Source of the DNA: Hyphomicrobiaceae bacterium
GTDB lineage: Bacteria > Pseudomonadota > Alphaproteobacteria > Rhizobiales > Hyphomicrobiaceae
DNA: 64,000 nt
Direction: 5' to 3'
NCBI GenBank assembly: GCA_013141255.1
Contig: JABFRJ010000318.1
Span: forward strand, 1,053-65,052
Shown here: in pieces, positions 9,547 through 18,189 of the stretch
How positions within the stretch are numbered: the first letter of the stretch is position 1
Layout: every line of letters starts with the position of its first letter
Position numbers and translations under genes: made by a program
Notes under the pieces: model-generated
The model's input: only the letters and a program-made list of their open reading frames with translations
Databases searched by the model: none
Told to the model about the DNA's origin: nothing

Positions 9547-10389
9547 ATGACAGAGCGCGCCACATCCGGCAAAGACACCCCCCAAGTGCGCGCCATCGCC
9601 ATGATCCGCACGGCCATGATCGAAAAAAAGATCACGCAAGCCGAACTTGCAGACGCCGCCGATTGTCACGAAAAAACCGTCCAAAATCTGATCGCCGGTA
9701 AATCAGTCCGACACCAAACCTTGTTCGATGTGTGTATGGTGCTCGGTCTGGATTACGAAGTTGTCCGCGCCACTTGGTCGGCCGAGCCCCCTGGCAGCGT
9801 CGCCGTTACAGGCGAACGCGCAACCTCCGGTTCAGATCACCGCAATGCCGCAACATCCCCGACCGAAACCGGCATTGGCGGCGATATCGCTCCCGTCTAC
9901 ATGGGCGCCTACACGCGCGCAGGTGTTGATCATTATTTAGGCAGTTACCTGACGCTTCGCCCCGACTTTACCGAGCCCGGCACCATCGTAGCCTATCGTA
10001 CGGACGTCACCTGGGACCCCTCATGGCCAAGCTTGCTGTTTGAAGAAAGCGAACGCCCAGATGCGTCATATGCTCATCGTGGCCGCCTGTATATTCCAGC
10101 GGCCTCAATGTTTATCCATTTGGTTTCGCTAACAAAAGGCGCAATGCGCATGATCGTCGTGTCGCAACTAGACCGGTTCGGCATCATGCGCGGCTTGATC
10201 ACAACCTTGAATAAAAGCCGGGCAATACTGGTGCCAGTATCAGCGCCTATCCTCTTTGCCAAGCGCGACGACCTTTCGACCCTCCCTCTAGGTAACATTA
10301 AGCCCGGCCACGCCAATCATTCCGAATTTGAACACCTTCTTAAAGATACGATTGATCAGGGCTACGCCCGGTTGGTCCCCGTTGGATAG
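9547..10389 (+). CDS. XRE-family helix-turn-helix regulator with uncharacterised C-terminal domain
   Basis: HTH_3-like segment KITQAELADAADCHEKTVQNLIAGKSVRHQTLFDVCMVLGL, followed by about 170 aa with no family I recognise. Confidence 0.75.
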   Translation: MTERATSGKDTPQVRAIAMIRTAMIEKKITQAELADAADCHEKTVQNLIAGKSVRHQTLFDVCMVLGLDYEVVRATWSAEPPGSVAVTGERATSGSDHRNAATSPTETGIGGDIAPVYMGAYTRAGVDHYLGSYLTLRPDFTEPGTIVAYRTDVTWDPSWPSLLFEESERPDASYAHRGRLYIPAASMFIHLVSLTKGAMRMIVVSQLDRFGIMRGLITTLNKSRAILVPVSAPILFAKRDDLSTLPLGNIKPGHANHSEFEHLLKDTIDQGYARLVPVG

Positions 10390-10466
10390 GTGCCTGTTGC
10401 AGGAACGGCGTGCGCCTGACAATATATGACTCGAACTAAAGCCGTGATCTCTGGGAGGAGACAGAA

Positions 10467-11567
10467 GTGACAACAGTAAATCGTCGAAAATTTATCAAAG
10501 GCGCCGCTGCTGGCGGTCTCGCCTCAACAGCCGTTGCAGCCCCGGCCATTGCTCAATCAATGCCTGAAGTAAAATGGCGCCTGACAGCCAGCTGGCCCAA
10601 ATCTTTGGACACGCTTTACGGTGCTTGCGAAAATATCTCCAAGCGCGTCGCTGAACTGACCGACAATAAGTTCCAAATTCAACCCTTCGCTGCAGGCGAA
10701 ATTGTTCCTGCCTTGCAAGTGCTTGACGCCGTCCAAAACGGCACAGTCGAATGCGGACACACAGCGCTATATTACTACTTCGGCAAAGACGATGCGTTCG
10801 TGTTCGGATCTGCCCTTCCGTTCGGTATGAACCCGCGCCAGCAAAATGCTTGGTTGCTTCATGGTGGCGGACAGCAGCTACTGAATGATTTCCTGAAGAA
10901 ATACAACGCCCACTTTATCCCAGCCGGCAATACCAATTGCCAGATGGGTGGCTGGTTCTCAAAACCAATCCAAAAAGCAGACGATCTCAAGGGACTTAAG
11001 TTCCGGCTCGGCGGCTTCGCTGGCAAAATCATGCAAAAGGTCGGCGTTATTCCGCAGCAAATCGGCGCGGGCGACATCTACCCGGCCCTCGAAAAAGGCA
11101 CCATCGACGGTGCCGAGTGGGTTGGCCCCTACGACGACGAAAAGCTTGGCTTCGTTAAAGTCGCTAAGTTCTACCACTATCCCGGCTGGTGGGAACCGAG
11201 CTCCACGGGTGGCTTTATCTGCAGTCCCGAAAAGCTAGCGGCTCTACCAAAACAGTACCGCGAAGCCCTCAACTCGGCGTGCGCTGAGACCAACATGTGG
11301 ACGGCGTCGAAGTATGATGCCGTAAACACCCCAGCGCTCAAACGTTTGGTCGGTGCCGGCGCTCAGTTGACACCTTACTCACCAGAGGTCATGGACGCTT
11401 GCTACAAAGCAGCTCAAGATCTTTACACAGAGATCAACGCAAAAAATCCTGAGTTCAAAAAGATCTACGACAGCTACACCGCGTTCCAGAACGACTCGTA
11501 TCTATGGACGCAAGTCGCCGATCACACCATGGACGCCTACATGATCCGCTATCGCAACGCGAAGTAA
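10467..11567 (+). CDS. TRAP transporter substrate-binding protein (DctP-type, Tat signal)
   Basis: GTG start. Tat signal NRRKFIKGAAAGGLASTAVAAPAIAQS. DctP-family body (KWRLTASWPKSLDTLYG...GGWF...GAEWVGPYDDEKLGF). Confidence 0.9.
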   Translation: MTTVNRRKFIKGAAAGGLASTAVAAPAIAQSMPEVKWRLTASWPKSLDTLYGACENISKRVAELTDNKFQIQPFAAGEIVPALQVLDAVQNGTVECGHTALYYYFGKDDAFVFGSALPFGMNPRQQNAWLLHGGGQQLLNDFLKKYNAHFIPAGNTNCQMGGWFSKPIQKADDLKGLKFRLGGFAGKIMQKVGVIPQQIGAGDIYPALEKGTIDGAEWVGPYDDEKLGFVKVAKFYHYPGWWEPSSTGGFICSPEKLAALPKQYREALNSACAETNMWTASKYDAVNTPALKRLVGAGAQLTPYSPEVMDACYKAAQDLYTEINAKNPEFKKIYDSYTAFQNDSYLWTQVADHTMDAYMIRYRNAK

Positions 11568-11591
11568 GCGATCTAGTTACACCTGCATTAG

Positions 11592-11624
11592 ACGGCGTCG
11601 CACACACAAGCGGCGCCGTTTTCT
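11592..11624 (+). terminator. Rho-independent terminator after the TRAP binding-protein gene
   Basis: ACGGCGTCG-cacacacaag-CGGCGCCGT followed by TTTTC. Confidence 0.6.
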
Positions 11625-11835
11625 ATTGCCGCGGCCCCAAACATTGAAAAGTTGCATCCGCCCCAAGTTGTCTCATCTAGCAACAGTCAGCAACGCATCG
11701 TTACCGTTAGCGCTTCCTTAACCGCAATCTTCCATAACAAAGCCCACGTATGTGCCGGAAATAGCCATTTTCGTCCGTCACATCATGATGACTTGCCCGG
11801 TTTGTAAGACCGTAAGCGTAACGGGGGTCGACTGT

Positions 11836-13149
11836 ATGCGTAGGGAATTTAGACGGAGTGCGTTTGCACTTGGTCATTTGACATTATTGCCGATAAGCGC
11901 CGCAGTCGGCGTCACCATTGCAATGACGACCTCGTTTGTCGCCAAACCGGCAATCGCTCAAACAACAGTTACTCCCGCGCCAGAAACCGCCCTTGCCGGT
12001 GATAAAACACGCACGCGCTTCGTCATCGGACTCGAAAAATCAACCGAATTCCAAGTCTTCGCACTCGCCAATCCAAATCGAGTTATTATCGAACTTCCCG
12101 ACGTCAAACTCCAGCTCCCGACACTGACCGGCACTGTCCCGGTCGGACTCATCAGTTCAATCCGAGGTGGGCTATCAGCTCCCGGAAAAATGCGCGTCGT
12201 CATTGACGTAACAAGCCCCGTCATCATCGAAAAATCGGTGCTCGAAAAAGGCCGCGATCCCAGCAAACCGGCGCGCCTCGTCCTCGAAATCGTCCCAGCC
12301 GACAGCGCCCTTAAATCCGCGCAAGGCAAAAAACTTCTCGTCGGAACGCCACCGGCAGGCCTAGGTGCCACAGGGATCCAACCTCCACTTCCCAGGCCTG
12401 CCCTGCGCCCAGAAGCGCGCGCCAAAGATTCATTCAAACAAACGATTGTTATCGATCCGGGTCATGGCGGCCACGATAGCGGCGCCACCAAGTACGGCAC
12501 TGTAGAGAAGGAAGTAGTTTTGGCGTTCGCGATGAAGCTTCGTCAAAAGCTCGAGCAAACTGGCCGTTACCGCATTCTCATGACCCGCGACAGCGACCGT
12601 TTCGTTGAACTCGACGAACGCCGCGCCTTTGCCGATCGCTCCGAGGCTGCACTTTTCATTGCCGTGCATGCTGACTACGCAGGCTCCAACGCCTCCGGCG
12701 CAACCATTTATTCTCTGCGTGACAGCATGGCCAAAGACCTGATGCGGTCAGCTAAAGGTGAAGTTAAAAACGCGGTACTATCAAAACGTGAAACCAAAGA
12801 CGTCGAGAAAATGCCGGAAAGCGACGGCGGTGCCATAAAAGGGATCCTTGCCGATCTCGCCATGCGCGAAGTCGCCAAGTCGAAAGACAACACCAAAGAG
12901 TTTTCTGAAGCTGTGGTGTCAACGATGGGCGAAAGCACCACCCTCATGAACAACCCTGACCGCGAAGCAAATTTCCGAGTCTTGAAAAGTGCAAAAATGC
13001 CATCGGTCTTGATCGAACTCGCTTACGTGTCGAACCGCGCCGACGCCGCCAACCTAAAGTCCGATACTTGGCGCGAAAAAGTCGCAAATTCAATCCAACG
13101 CGCCGTCGACAACTATTTCTCCCGTCACGTGGCTCGTCTCGCAGAATAA
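11836..13149 (+). CDS. amiC: N-acetylmuramoyl-L-alanine amidase with N-terminal AMIN domain
   Basis: Start at ATG 11836 gives MRREFRRSAFALGHL.. as a signal. AMIN-like segment (TRFVIGLEKSTEFQVFALANPNRVIIELPDV) followed by an Amidase_3 core (IVIDPGHGGHDSGA...FIAVHADY...PSVLIELAYVSN). Confidence 0.9.
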   Translation: MRREFRRSAFALGHLTLLPISAAVGVTIAMTTSFVAKPAIAQTTVTPAPETALAGDKTRTRFVIGLEKSTEFQVFALANPNRVIIELPDVKLQLPTLTGTVPVGLISSIRGGLSAPGKMRVVIDVTSPVIIEKSVLEKGRDPSKPARLVLEIVPADSALKSAQGKKLLVGTPPAGLGATGIQPPLPRPALRPEARAKDSFKQTIVIDPGHGGHDSGATKYGTVEKEVVLAFAMKLRQKLEQTGRYRILMTRDSDRFVELDERRAFADRSEAALFIAVHADYAGSNASGATIYSLRDSMAKDLMRSAKGEVKNAVLSKRETKDVEKMPESDGGAIKGILADLAMREVAKSKDNTKEFSEAVVSTMGESTTLMNNPDREANFRVLKSAKMPSVLIELAYVSNRADAANLKSDTWREKVANSIQRAVDNYFSRHVARLAE

Positions 13150-13174
13150 TTACGAACAAGTTTGGCAAAAAGTC

Positions 13175-13210
13175 GAAGCCGACACCTCAAGTGTCGGCTT
13201 CAATATTTGT
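13175..13210 (+). terminator. Rho-independent terminator after amiC
   Basis: Perfect 11-bp stem GAAGCCGACAC-ctcaa-GTGTCGGCTTC followed by AATATTTGT. The T-tract is weak. Confidence 0.6.
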
Positions 13211-13976
13211 GGCCACTTCTGAGCCCAAGCCCATAGTCTCACGAAGCGGCGAAGCTCAGTCACGTCCTACTCGGTGGCCGATGATGCTGCAGAAAGCGCC
13301 ATGGCGTCCTCCGCCTGCGATCCCGCAGGCCCGGCCTTCCTCTCGTACAACCGAATTTCATAAAACTCATCTCACGCACAGGAAGTTGGCGCTTCATGAA
13401 AGCCCCTCCAATGTCGATGTGCAGGTGACCGACACTCCAACAACGCACAGTTGCTCGACTGGAAGGCAATGCCAATCCGGGTCACAACAAGCGAAGATGA
13501 AGAAATCAGCTGATTTGGATGGAAACACAGCAATAGCGTGCGAAGTAACTAGTCCGTAGGCTTCAAACGACGGTCCCATCCAGGTCCGCCTCACCCTCGG
13601 TAAATCCATAGGTGCCTTAAGATTGTCCCGCATTGGGTATCCCAGTCAGGGCATCCCATAACGCGGGCCGCGAGCTGACGTGCACTAATTTGAACATATC
13701 AGAAGCTGCACGATTCGTGTTGCATCCCAATGTCAGTTTTGTTGCCCAAATACATCAACTCGCCGCATCGCAGCACTGCTCAATCGCACCGCAACATAAG
13801 CTGGTAATACGAAAGTCGATAAAACTAGTATCTCAACAAGCAAAATCGCTTGCAGCCAACGCCGAATGTAGCAATATGCATAAAACGCATAGCTCAATGC
13901 CTGCGTTGATTTCCTTCCACCACAATGGCGCAGCTCAGCACTGTACGACGCGCGCCAATAGCGACGGATACTCAGC

Positions 13977-14951
13977 ATGCCGCAGCAACATCACCGCAAG
14001 CTCATCGTACTCGGCTCAGGCCCAGCCGGCTACACCGCCGCGATTTACGCTGCTCGAGCCATGCTGAACCCTCTGGTTATCCAGGGAATCCAACCCGGTG
14101 GTCAACTCACCATCACAACAGAGGTCGAAAACTATCCTGGTTTCGCAAAAGCCATCCAGGGGCCATGGCTGATGGATGAAATGAAAGCCCAGGCCGAACA
14201 CATGGGCACAGAAATGATCTTGGATCAGATTACATCTGTCGACCTCAAAACGCGTCCCTTTAAACTCGTAGGCGACAGTGGCGATACATACTCTGCAGAC
14301 ACCCTCATCATCTGCACAGGCGCGCAAGCCCGCTGGCTGGGCCTCGACAGCGAAAAATCATTCCAAGGTCATGGTGTATCGGCTTGCGCCACGTGCGACG
14401 GCTTCTTTTACAAAGGCAAAGACGTCGTCGTCGTTGGCGGTGGCAACACTGCGGTTGAGGAAGCAATCTTCCTGACCAATTTTGCAAAAACCGTAACAGT
14501 CGTGCACCGTCGCAACGGCTTCCGTGCCGAAAAAATCATGCAGGACCGGCTTTTCAAAAATGCAAAAATTAATGTCAAATGGAACTGTGCTGTTGACGAA
14601 ATTTTGGGCGATGCAGACCCCAAGAAGGTCACAGGCATCCGCTTAAAAAATATCAACACTGGCACCACTGAGACATTGGCCGTCGACGGCATTTTCATTG
14701 CCATTGGGCATGCCCCAGCGACCGAATTATTCAAGGGTCAACTGCCGATGAATGATAGCGGCTACTTGATCACCAAGCCCGACAGTACCGCGACGTCGGT
14801 TCCCGGCGTATACGCCGCCGGCGACGTTAAAGATGACATCTACCGCCAAGCGGTTACCGCCGCAGGTATGGGCTGCATGGCAGCCTTAGAGGCTGAACGC
14901 TATCTAGCCGAACACGCCGTCTCATCGGCAAAGACTGCCGCAGCCGAATAG
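13977..14951 (+). CDS. trxB: Thioredoxin-disulfide reductase
   Basis: FAD motif VLGSGPAGYTAAIYAAR, redox-active CATCDG, NADPH motif VVGGGNTAVEEA, C-terminal GDVKDDIYRQAVTAAGMGCMAA. Confidence 0.96.
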   Translation: MPQQHHRKLIVLGSGPAGYTAAIYAARAMLNPLVIQGIQPGGQLTITTEVENYPGFAKAIQGPWLMDEMKAQAEHMGTEMILDQITSVDLKTRPFKLVGDSGDTYSADTLIICTGAQARWLGLDSEKSFQGHGVSACATCDGFFYKGKDVVVVGGGNTAVEEAIFLTNFAKTVTVVHRRNGFRAEKIMQDRLFKNAKINVKWNCAVDEILGDADPKKVTGIRLKNINTGTTETLAVDGIFIAIGHAPATELFKGQLPMNDSGYLITKPDSTATSVPGVYAAGDVKDDIYRQAVTAAGMGCMAALEAERYLAEHAVSSAKTAAAE

Positions 14952-15031
14952 CTCAATCTAAGACCAGATAACCAACCAAGTAGCACAAAGCGGCCCCCCC
15001 AAAAAAACAAACCGAGGAAGCGTCAAATATC

Positions 15032-15922
15032 ATGGACTGGGACAAACTCCGAATTTTTCATGCCGCCGCAGAAGCAGGCAGCTTTACCCATGCAGGCGAC
15101 AGCCTCCGCATGAGCCAGTCCGCCGTTAGTCGTCAAGTATCAGCACTCGAAAAGGATCTGGGCATTGCCCTCTTCCACCGTCATGCCCGCGGCCTCGTTC
15201 TGACAGAACAGGGTGATTTGTTGTTTCGCACGGCCACCGAGATCATGAACAAACTCTCGACCGCAGAAACCTTGCTAACCGATGCCACGACCAAACCTAC
15301 CGGCGAACTCCGCGTTACAGCACCCGTGGGTCTCGGCACCGTTTGGATCACCCAACGGCTGCGTGAATTTCTGGATGCCTACCCCGACATTCGTGTTCGA
15401 ATGATCCTAGCCGACGAACAACTCGACATCTCAATGCGCGAAGCTGACGTCGCGATTTGGACGAGCGAGCCACAACAAAACGATCTGATTCGCCGTCCGT
15501 TATTTACGATGCAGATCCATGCGTACGCCTCAACACAGTATGTCAAGAAATACGGCGCACCTCAGTCACTCGACGGCATCGACAAGCACCGCATCGTCTC
15601 CTATTCGGGAACGCCGCAGCCTCACCTAAGCGCTATCCGCTGGCTTGAAATCGCGGGCCGCGAAGGTCGAGAACCACGCACCCCGGCGTTTGTTGCTAAC
15701 AGCGTACTCGCAATGAAATATGCCATTCGCGCGGGCCTCGGCATTGGGCTTATCCCCGACTACCTGACCGATGAAGAGCCCGAGCTTGTGCCAGTTCTCC
15801 GCGAAGTCGACTTACCCAATATGCAGATCTTCTTTGTTTATCCAGAAGAGCTAAAGACAGCCAAGAAAGTACAAGTTTTTCGCGACTTCCTCGTCAACAA
15901 AGCGCGCCAGTGGAAGTACTAA
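15032..15922 (+). CDS. lsrB: LysR-family transcriptional regulator, LsrB/VtlR-like (trxB-linked)
   Basis: N-terminal HTH MDWDKLRIFHAAAEAGSFTHAGDSLRMSQSAVSRQVSALEKDLG plus a LysR substrate-binding domain. Lies 80 bp downstream of trxB with no intervening terminator. That arrangement is what I recall for lsrB/vtlR in Rhizobiales. The symbol is an orthology inference. Confidence 0.88.
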   Translation: MDWDKLRIFHAAAEAGSFTHAGDSLRMSQSAVSRQVSALEKDLGIALFHRHARGLVLTEQGDLLFRTATEIMNKLSTAETLLTDATTKPTGELRVTAPVGLGTVWITQRLREFLDAYPDIRVRMILADEQLDISMREADVAIWTSEPQQNDLIRRPLFTMQIHAYASTQYVKKYGAPQSLDGIDKHRIVSYSGTPQPHLSAIRWLEIAGREGREPRTPAFVANSVLAMKYAIRAGLGIGLIPDYLTDEEPELVPVLREVDLPNMQIFFVYPEELKTAKKVQVFRDFLVNKARQWKY

Positions 15923-15966
15923 AAACTCGCCACAAAAGCGTTCGCAATATTTTAACGGTATGCAGA

Positions 15967-15987
15967 TCGCACATGGCGCACATGCGA
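15967..15987. promoter_or_regulatory. Candidate LysR-type (T-N11-A) operator
   Basis: Inverted repeat TCGCA-N11-TGCGA (tcgca catggcgcaca tgcga), located about 15-35 bp upstream of the putative sRNA 5' region. Confidence 0.35.
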
Positions 15988-16000
15988 CACGCATTATTGT

Positions 16001-16146
16001 CCCTCACCAAGTCTACCCTCACAATACTCTGATGCTGCGACATCAGCAGTGAAGGCCTTCCCCTCCCTTGAGACCTTCGCGCGCTTGGACAGCCTCCCTG
16101 CGCCAACTACGCAAACCGGACAACGAATGGTTGTCCGGTTTTTTAT
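16001..16146 (+). ncRNA. Candidate AbcR-like (alpha-r15 type) trans-acting sRNA; 5' end not defined
   Basis: Non-coding stretch after the LysR gene that ends in a strong intrinsic terminator: AAACCGGACAAC-gaatg-GTTGTCCGGTTT plus TTTTAT, 16113-16146. Upstream stem-loops are CTGATG/CATCAG (16029-16046), GAAGG/CCTTC (16051-16078, loop ccttCCCCTCCCttgaga) and GCGC/GCGC (16079-16103, loop containing aGCCTCCCt). The C/U-rich loops look like anti-Shine-Dalgarno modules. Confidence 0.45.
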
Positions 16147-16180
16147 GCAGCAAATAGAAACAAGCCAATCATCAACGCAA

Positions 16181-16218
16181 AACGCGCTTCGAACGATAGA
16201 AGCGCGTTGCAATTTTTA
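16181..16218. terminator. Hairpin between the sRNA candidate and the convergent STAS gene (possibly a bidirectional terminator)
   Basis: AACGCGCTTC-gaacgata-GAAGCGCGTT forms a 10-bp stem. It is followed on + by gcaATTTTTAT and on - by TTGCGTTGATG. Confidence 0.4.
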
Positions 16219-16259
16219 TGTATAAGCCTGCAGCCGTTCGGCAAACGCTTGCAATGCGC

Positions 16260-16682
16260 TCAAGCCGCGTCGCGCCGTTGATGTCCGTCATCCACGATCA
16301 CAGAGTGCGGCGCAGTCAGCGCAGCTGGCTGAACAATAACGGTTGATGCCATACTGTGTGAAAGGCGTGCTGCGCTTTCCGCCATGGCATCTTCGCGAAG
16401 AGCAACCCAGCGCGGCGTTTGCAGAACTTGCAGCATGCCACTTTTGCTCAACAAGTCACGCGCCACACCACTGGTGTTAACGATGATCAATTCTCGTTGT
16501 GCTTTCGACAAACGCTTATACAGACTTGCGAGCGCTCCAACGCCTGCTCCATCAAATGTTTGAACATCCACCATATCGATGGTCACGTCGTTTTTTTCTT
16601 CTGCAAGGGCTTCTATGTCTGCAAATACGACTGGCAATCCATACGAGTCAAAACGCGCGGGGGCGCGATAAATGGTCGGCAT
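16260..16682 (-). CDS. Single-domain STAS protein (anti-sigma-factor-antagonist-like)
   Basis: From ATG 16682: MPTIYRAPARFDSYGLPVVFADIEALAEEKNDVTIDMVDVQTFDGAGVGALASLYKRLSKAQRELIIVNTSGVARDLLSKSGMLQVL. This is a STAS fold pattern. The usual DSSG phospho-serine position reads DGAG. Confidence 0.75.
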   Translation of the reverse strand: MPTIYRAPARFDSYGLPVVFADIEALAEEKNDVTIDMVDVQTFDGAGVGALASLYKRLSKAQRELIIVNTSGVARDLLSKSGMLQVLQTPRWVALREDAMAESAARLSHSMASTVIVQPAALTAPHSVIVDDGHQRRDAA

Positions 16683-16886
16683 AATCTTACTAAAGCTCCG
16701 CACGAAGACGATTTGCTGGCACCGCATACACTTTGTGAGTTGGCAGGTACAATACTTTGAAAGTCATCTGCAATGCTACATAACAGCACGACGACTGGAT
16801 CACTTTCTATATTAAGGGATAACACTTATCGTGATGCATCAGCATCAACAGATGCGTAGCAAATATCCACGTCACTATTGCGACAC

Positions 16887-17921
16887 TTAACGCAACGCTC
16901 GCCCAAGGGCCACTTCATAGACCTTCAGGATTTCAGGGAACCACCTTGTTTCAGAAAAGTGCTCGCGCGCCCGCGTCCAGCACGCCGCACGCAAATCCAT
17001 CGCGCCATGCTCAACTTGAGCCGACCACATAGACAGACACTGTCCAGCAGATTCCAAATCGCCATAAGGAAACATCCAACCCGTTGCCCCCTCAACAATC
17101 ACGGTAGGCAACCCGCCAACCCGCGATGCTAAAACAGGGACTCCAGCCGCCGCCGCCTCCAGTGCAGCCAACGGTACCCCTTCGAACCGCGACGGCATAA
17201 CCAACAAACCTAACTGTGGCCAGACGCGGTCCATGTTCGTTTGCACTCCATGGAAGGTCACCACGTCGCCAAACTCTGCCTCAAGTGCTCCACGCATGGC
17301 TCCATCGCCATAAACATGCCAACTACCAAGATCACCGAACCGTCGTGCAAGCATACAAAAATGCTGCGGTCCCTTTTCCTCACTTAACCGACCCACAAAT
17401 CCAATTTTGCGGGGCAATGCCAAATCCGGACAAACAGTGGGCGTCACAACGTAACTCGGTATAACCGTGGTCGATAAAGGTAACCGACTCTGAATTTCCG
17501 AACTTACCGCAATTCGATGGGCAGAAAATGATGACCAATCGTCAACGAAGTCATATGCCCCAACCGGCCACGGTCCACGCTGACCAGAATGAAACGTCGT
17601 AACAACTGGAATCCTGGTTAACATCGCCGCCAGTCGCCCTAATATCCCACTCTTATATCCATGTGTATGTACGAGAGAAGGCTGTTCTGAGCGCAGCGCG
17701 AGCACTAAACCACCGAATGTACCATCCAAAACGCTGTAAGGAATCCCCTCAGCATCGAGTTGCCGCAGCCAAGGATTGTCCCCGTGGCGTTGGTAAAGCA
17801 TAACGCGAACGGCATGCGCATCGCGCATCAAACTGCCTGCGACCGTTGCAATATGCCGTTCAGCCCCCCCAACGCTGCTACTATCGATTAAATGCCAGAT
17901 CATCACAAAACTAAGTCTCAC
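16887..17921 (-). CDS. Glycosyltransferase family 4 (GT-B)
   Basis: N-terminal SSSVGGAERHI and C-terminal GT1/GT4 signature (PSRFEGVPLAALEAAAAGVPVLASRVGGLPTVIVEGATGWMF). Confidence 0.9.
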   Translation of the reverse strand: MRLSFVMIWHLIDSSSVGGAERHIATVAGSLMRDAHAVRVMLYQRHGDNPWLRQLDAEGIPYSVLDGTFGGLVLALRSEQPSLVHTHGYKSGILGRLAAMLTRIPVVTTFHSGQRGPWPVGAYDFVDDWSSFSAHRIAVSSEIQSRLPLSTTVIPSYVVTPTVCPDLALPRKIGFVGRLSEEKGPQHFCMLARRFGDLGSWHVYGDGAMRGALEAEFGDVVTFHGVQTNMDRVWPQLGLLVMPSRFEGVPLAALEAAAAGVPVLASRVGGLPTVIVEGATGWMFPYGDLESAGQCLSMWSAQVEHGAMDLRAACWTRAREHFSETRWFPEILKVYEVALGRALR

Positions 17922-18189
17922 CAGAAGGAAAAGATGCAGAGCGCGTTACACGAACCGTGCAAAGTCTGCGATTTTACCAAGAAAAGCCAAGAACAACAGG
18001 TTCCGTTTTGTCTTGAGCTTAAGATCATGTATGACCAAACGCGATCAGAGCTATTGAATTCGTCGATAATCTTATCGAACTGAAGCGGCGATAACGCCGC
18101 AGTGTCAGAGCTACGTCTGACGCGTAAGGAACGTGACCGTCCAAGCCATATGCTTGGCGTCAAAAACAACTAAAATGACGTTTGCGTAG

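Noticed and set aside
13068-14067. ORFs 13068..13559 (163 aa), 13394..13633 (79 aa, minus) and 13633..14067 (144 aa) in the amiC-trxB gap
   Set aside because: They have no Shine-Dalgarno and a basic or low-complexity composition unlike neighbouring genes. They overlap amiC or trxB, and one starts at TTG. The region is treated as non-coding, though a decayed pseudogene cannot be excluded without blastx.
16147-16218. A second, tandem AbcR-like sRNA copy, as occurs in Agrobacterium and Sinorhizobium
   Set aside because: The ~70 nt between the two hairpins contain no C/U-rich anti-SD motif and no extra stem-loops. The second hairpin is better explained as the terminator of the convergent STAS gene.
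17918-18169. 83-aa minus-strand ORF in the GT4-OPX divergent intergenic region
   Set aside because: It has no RBS, an implausible composition and overlaps the GT4 start region. The region is better interpreted as promoter or leader DNA.
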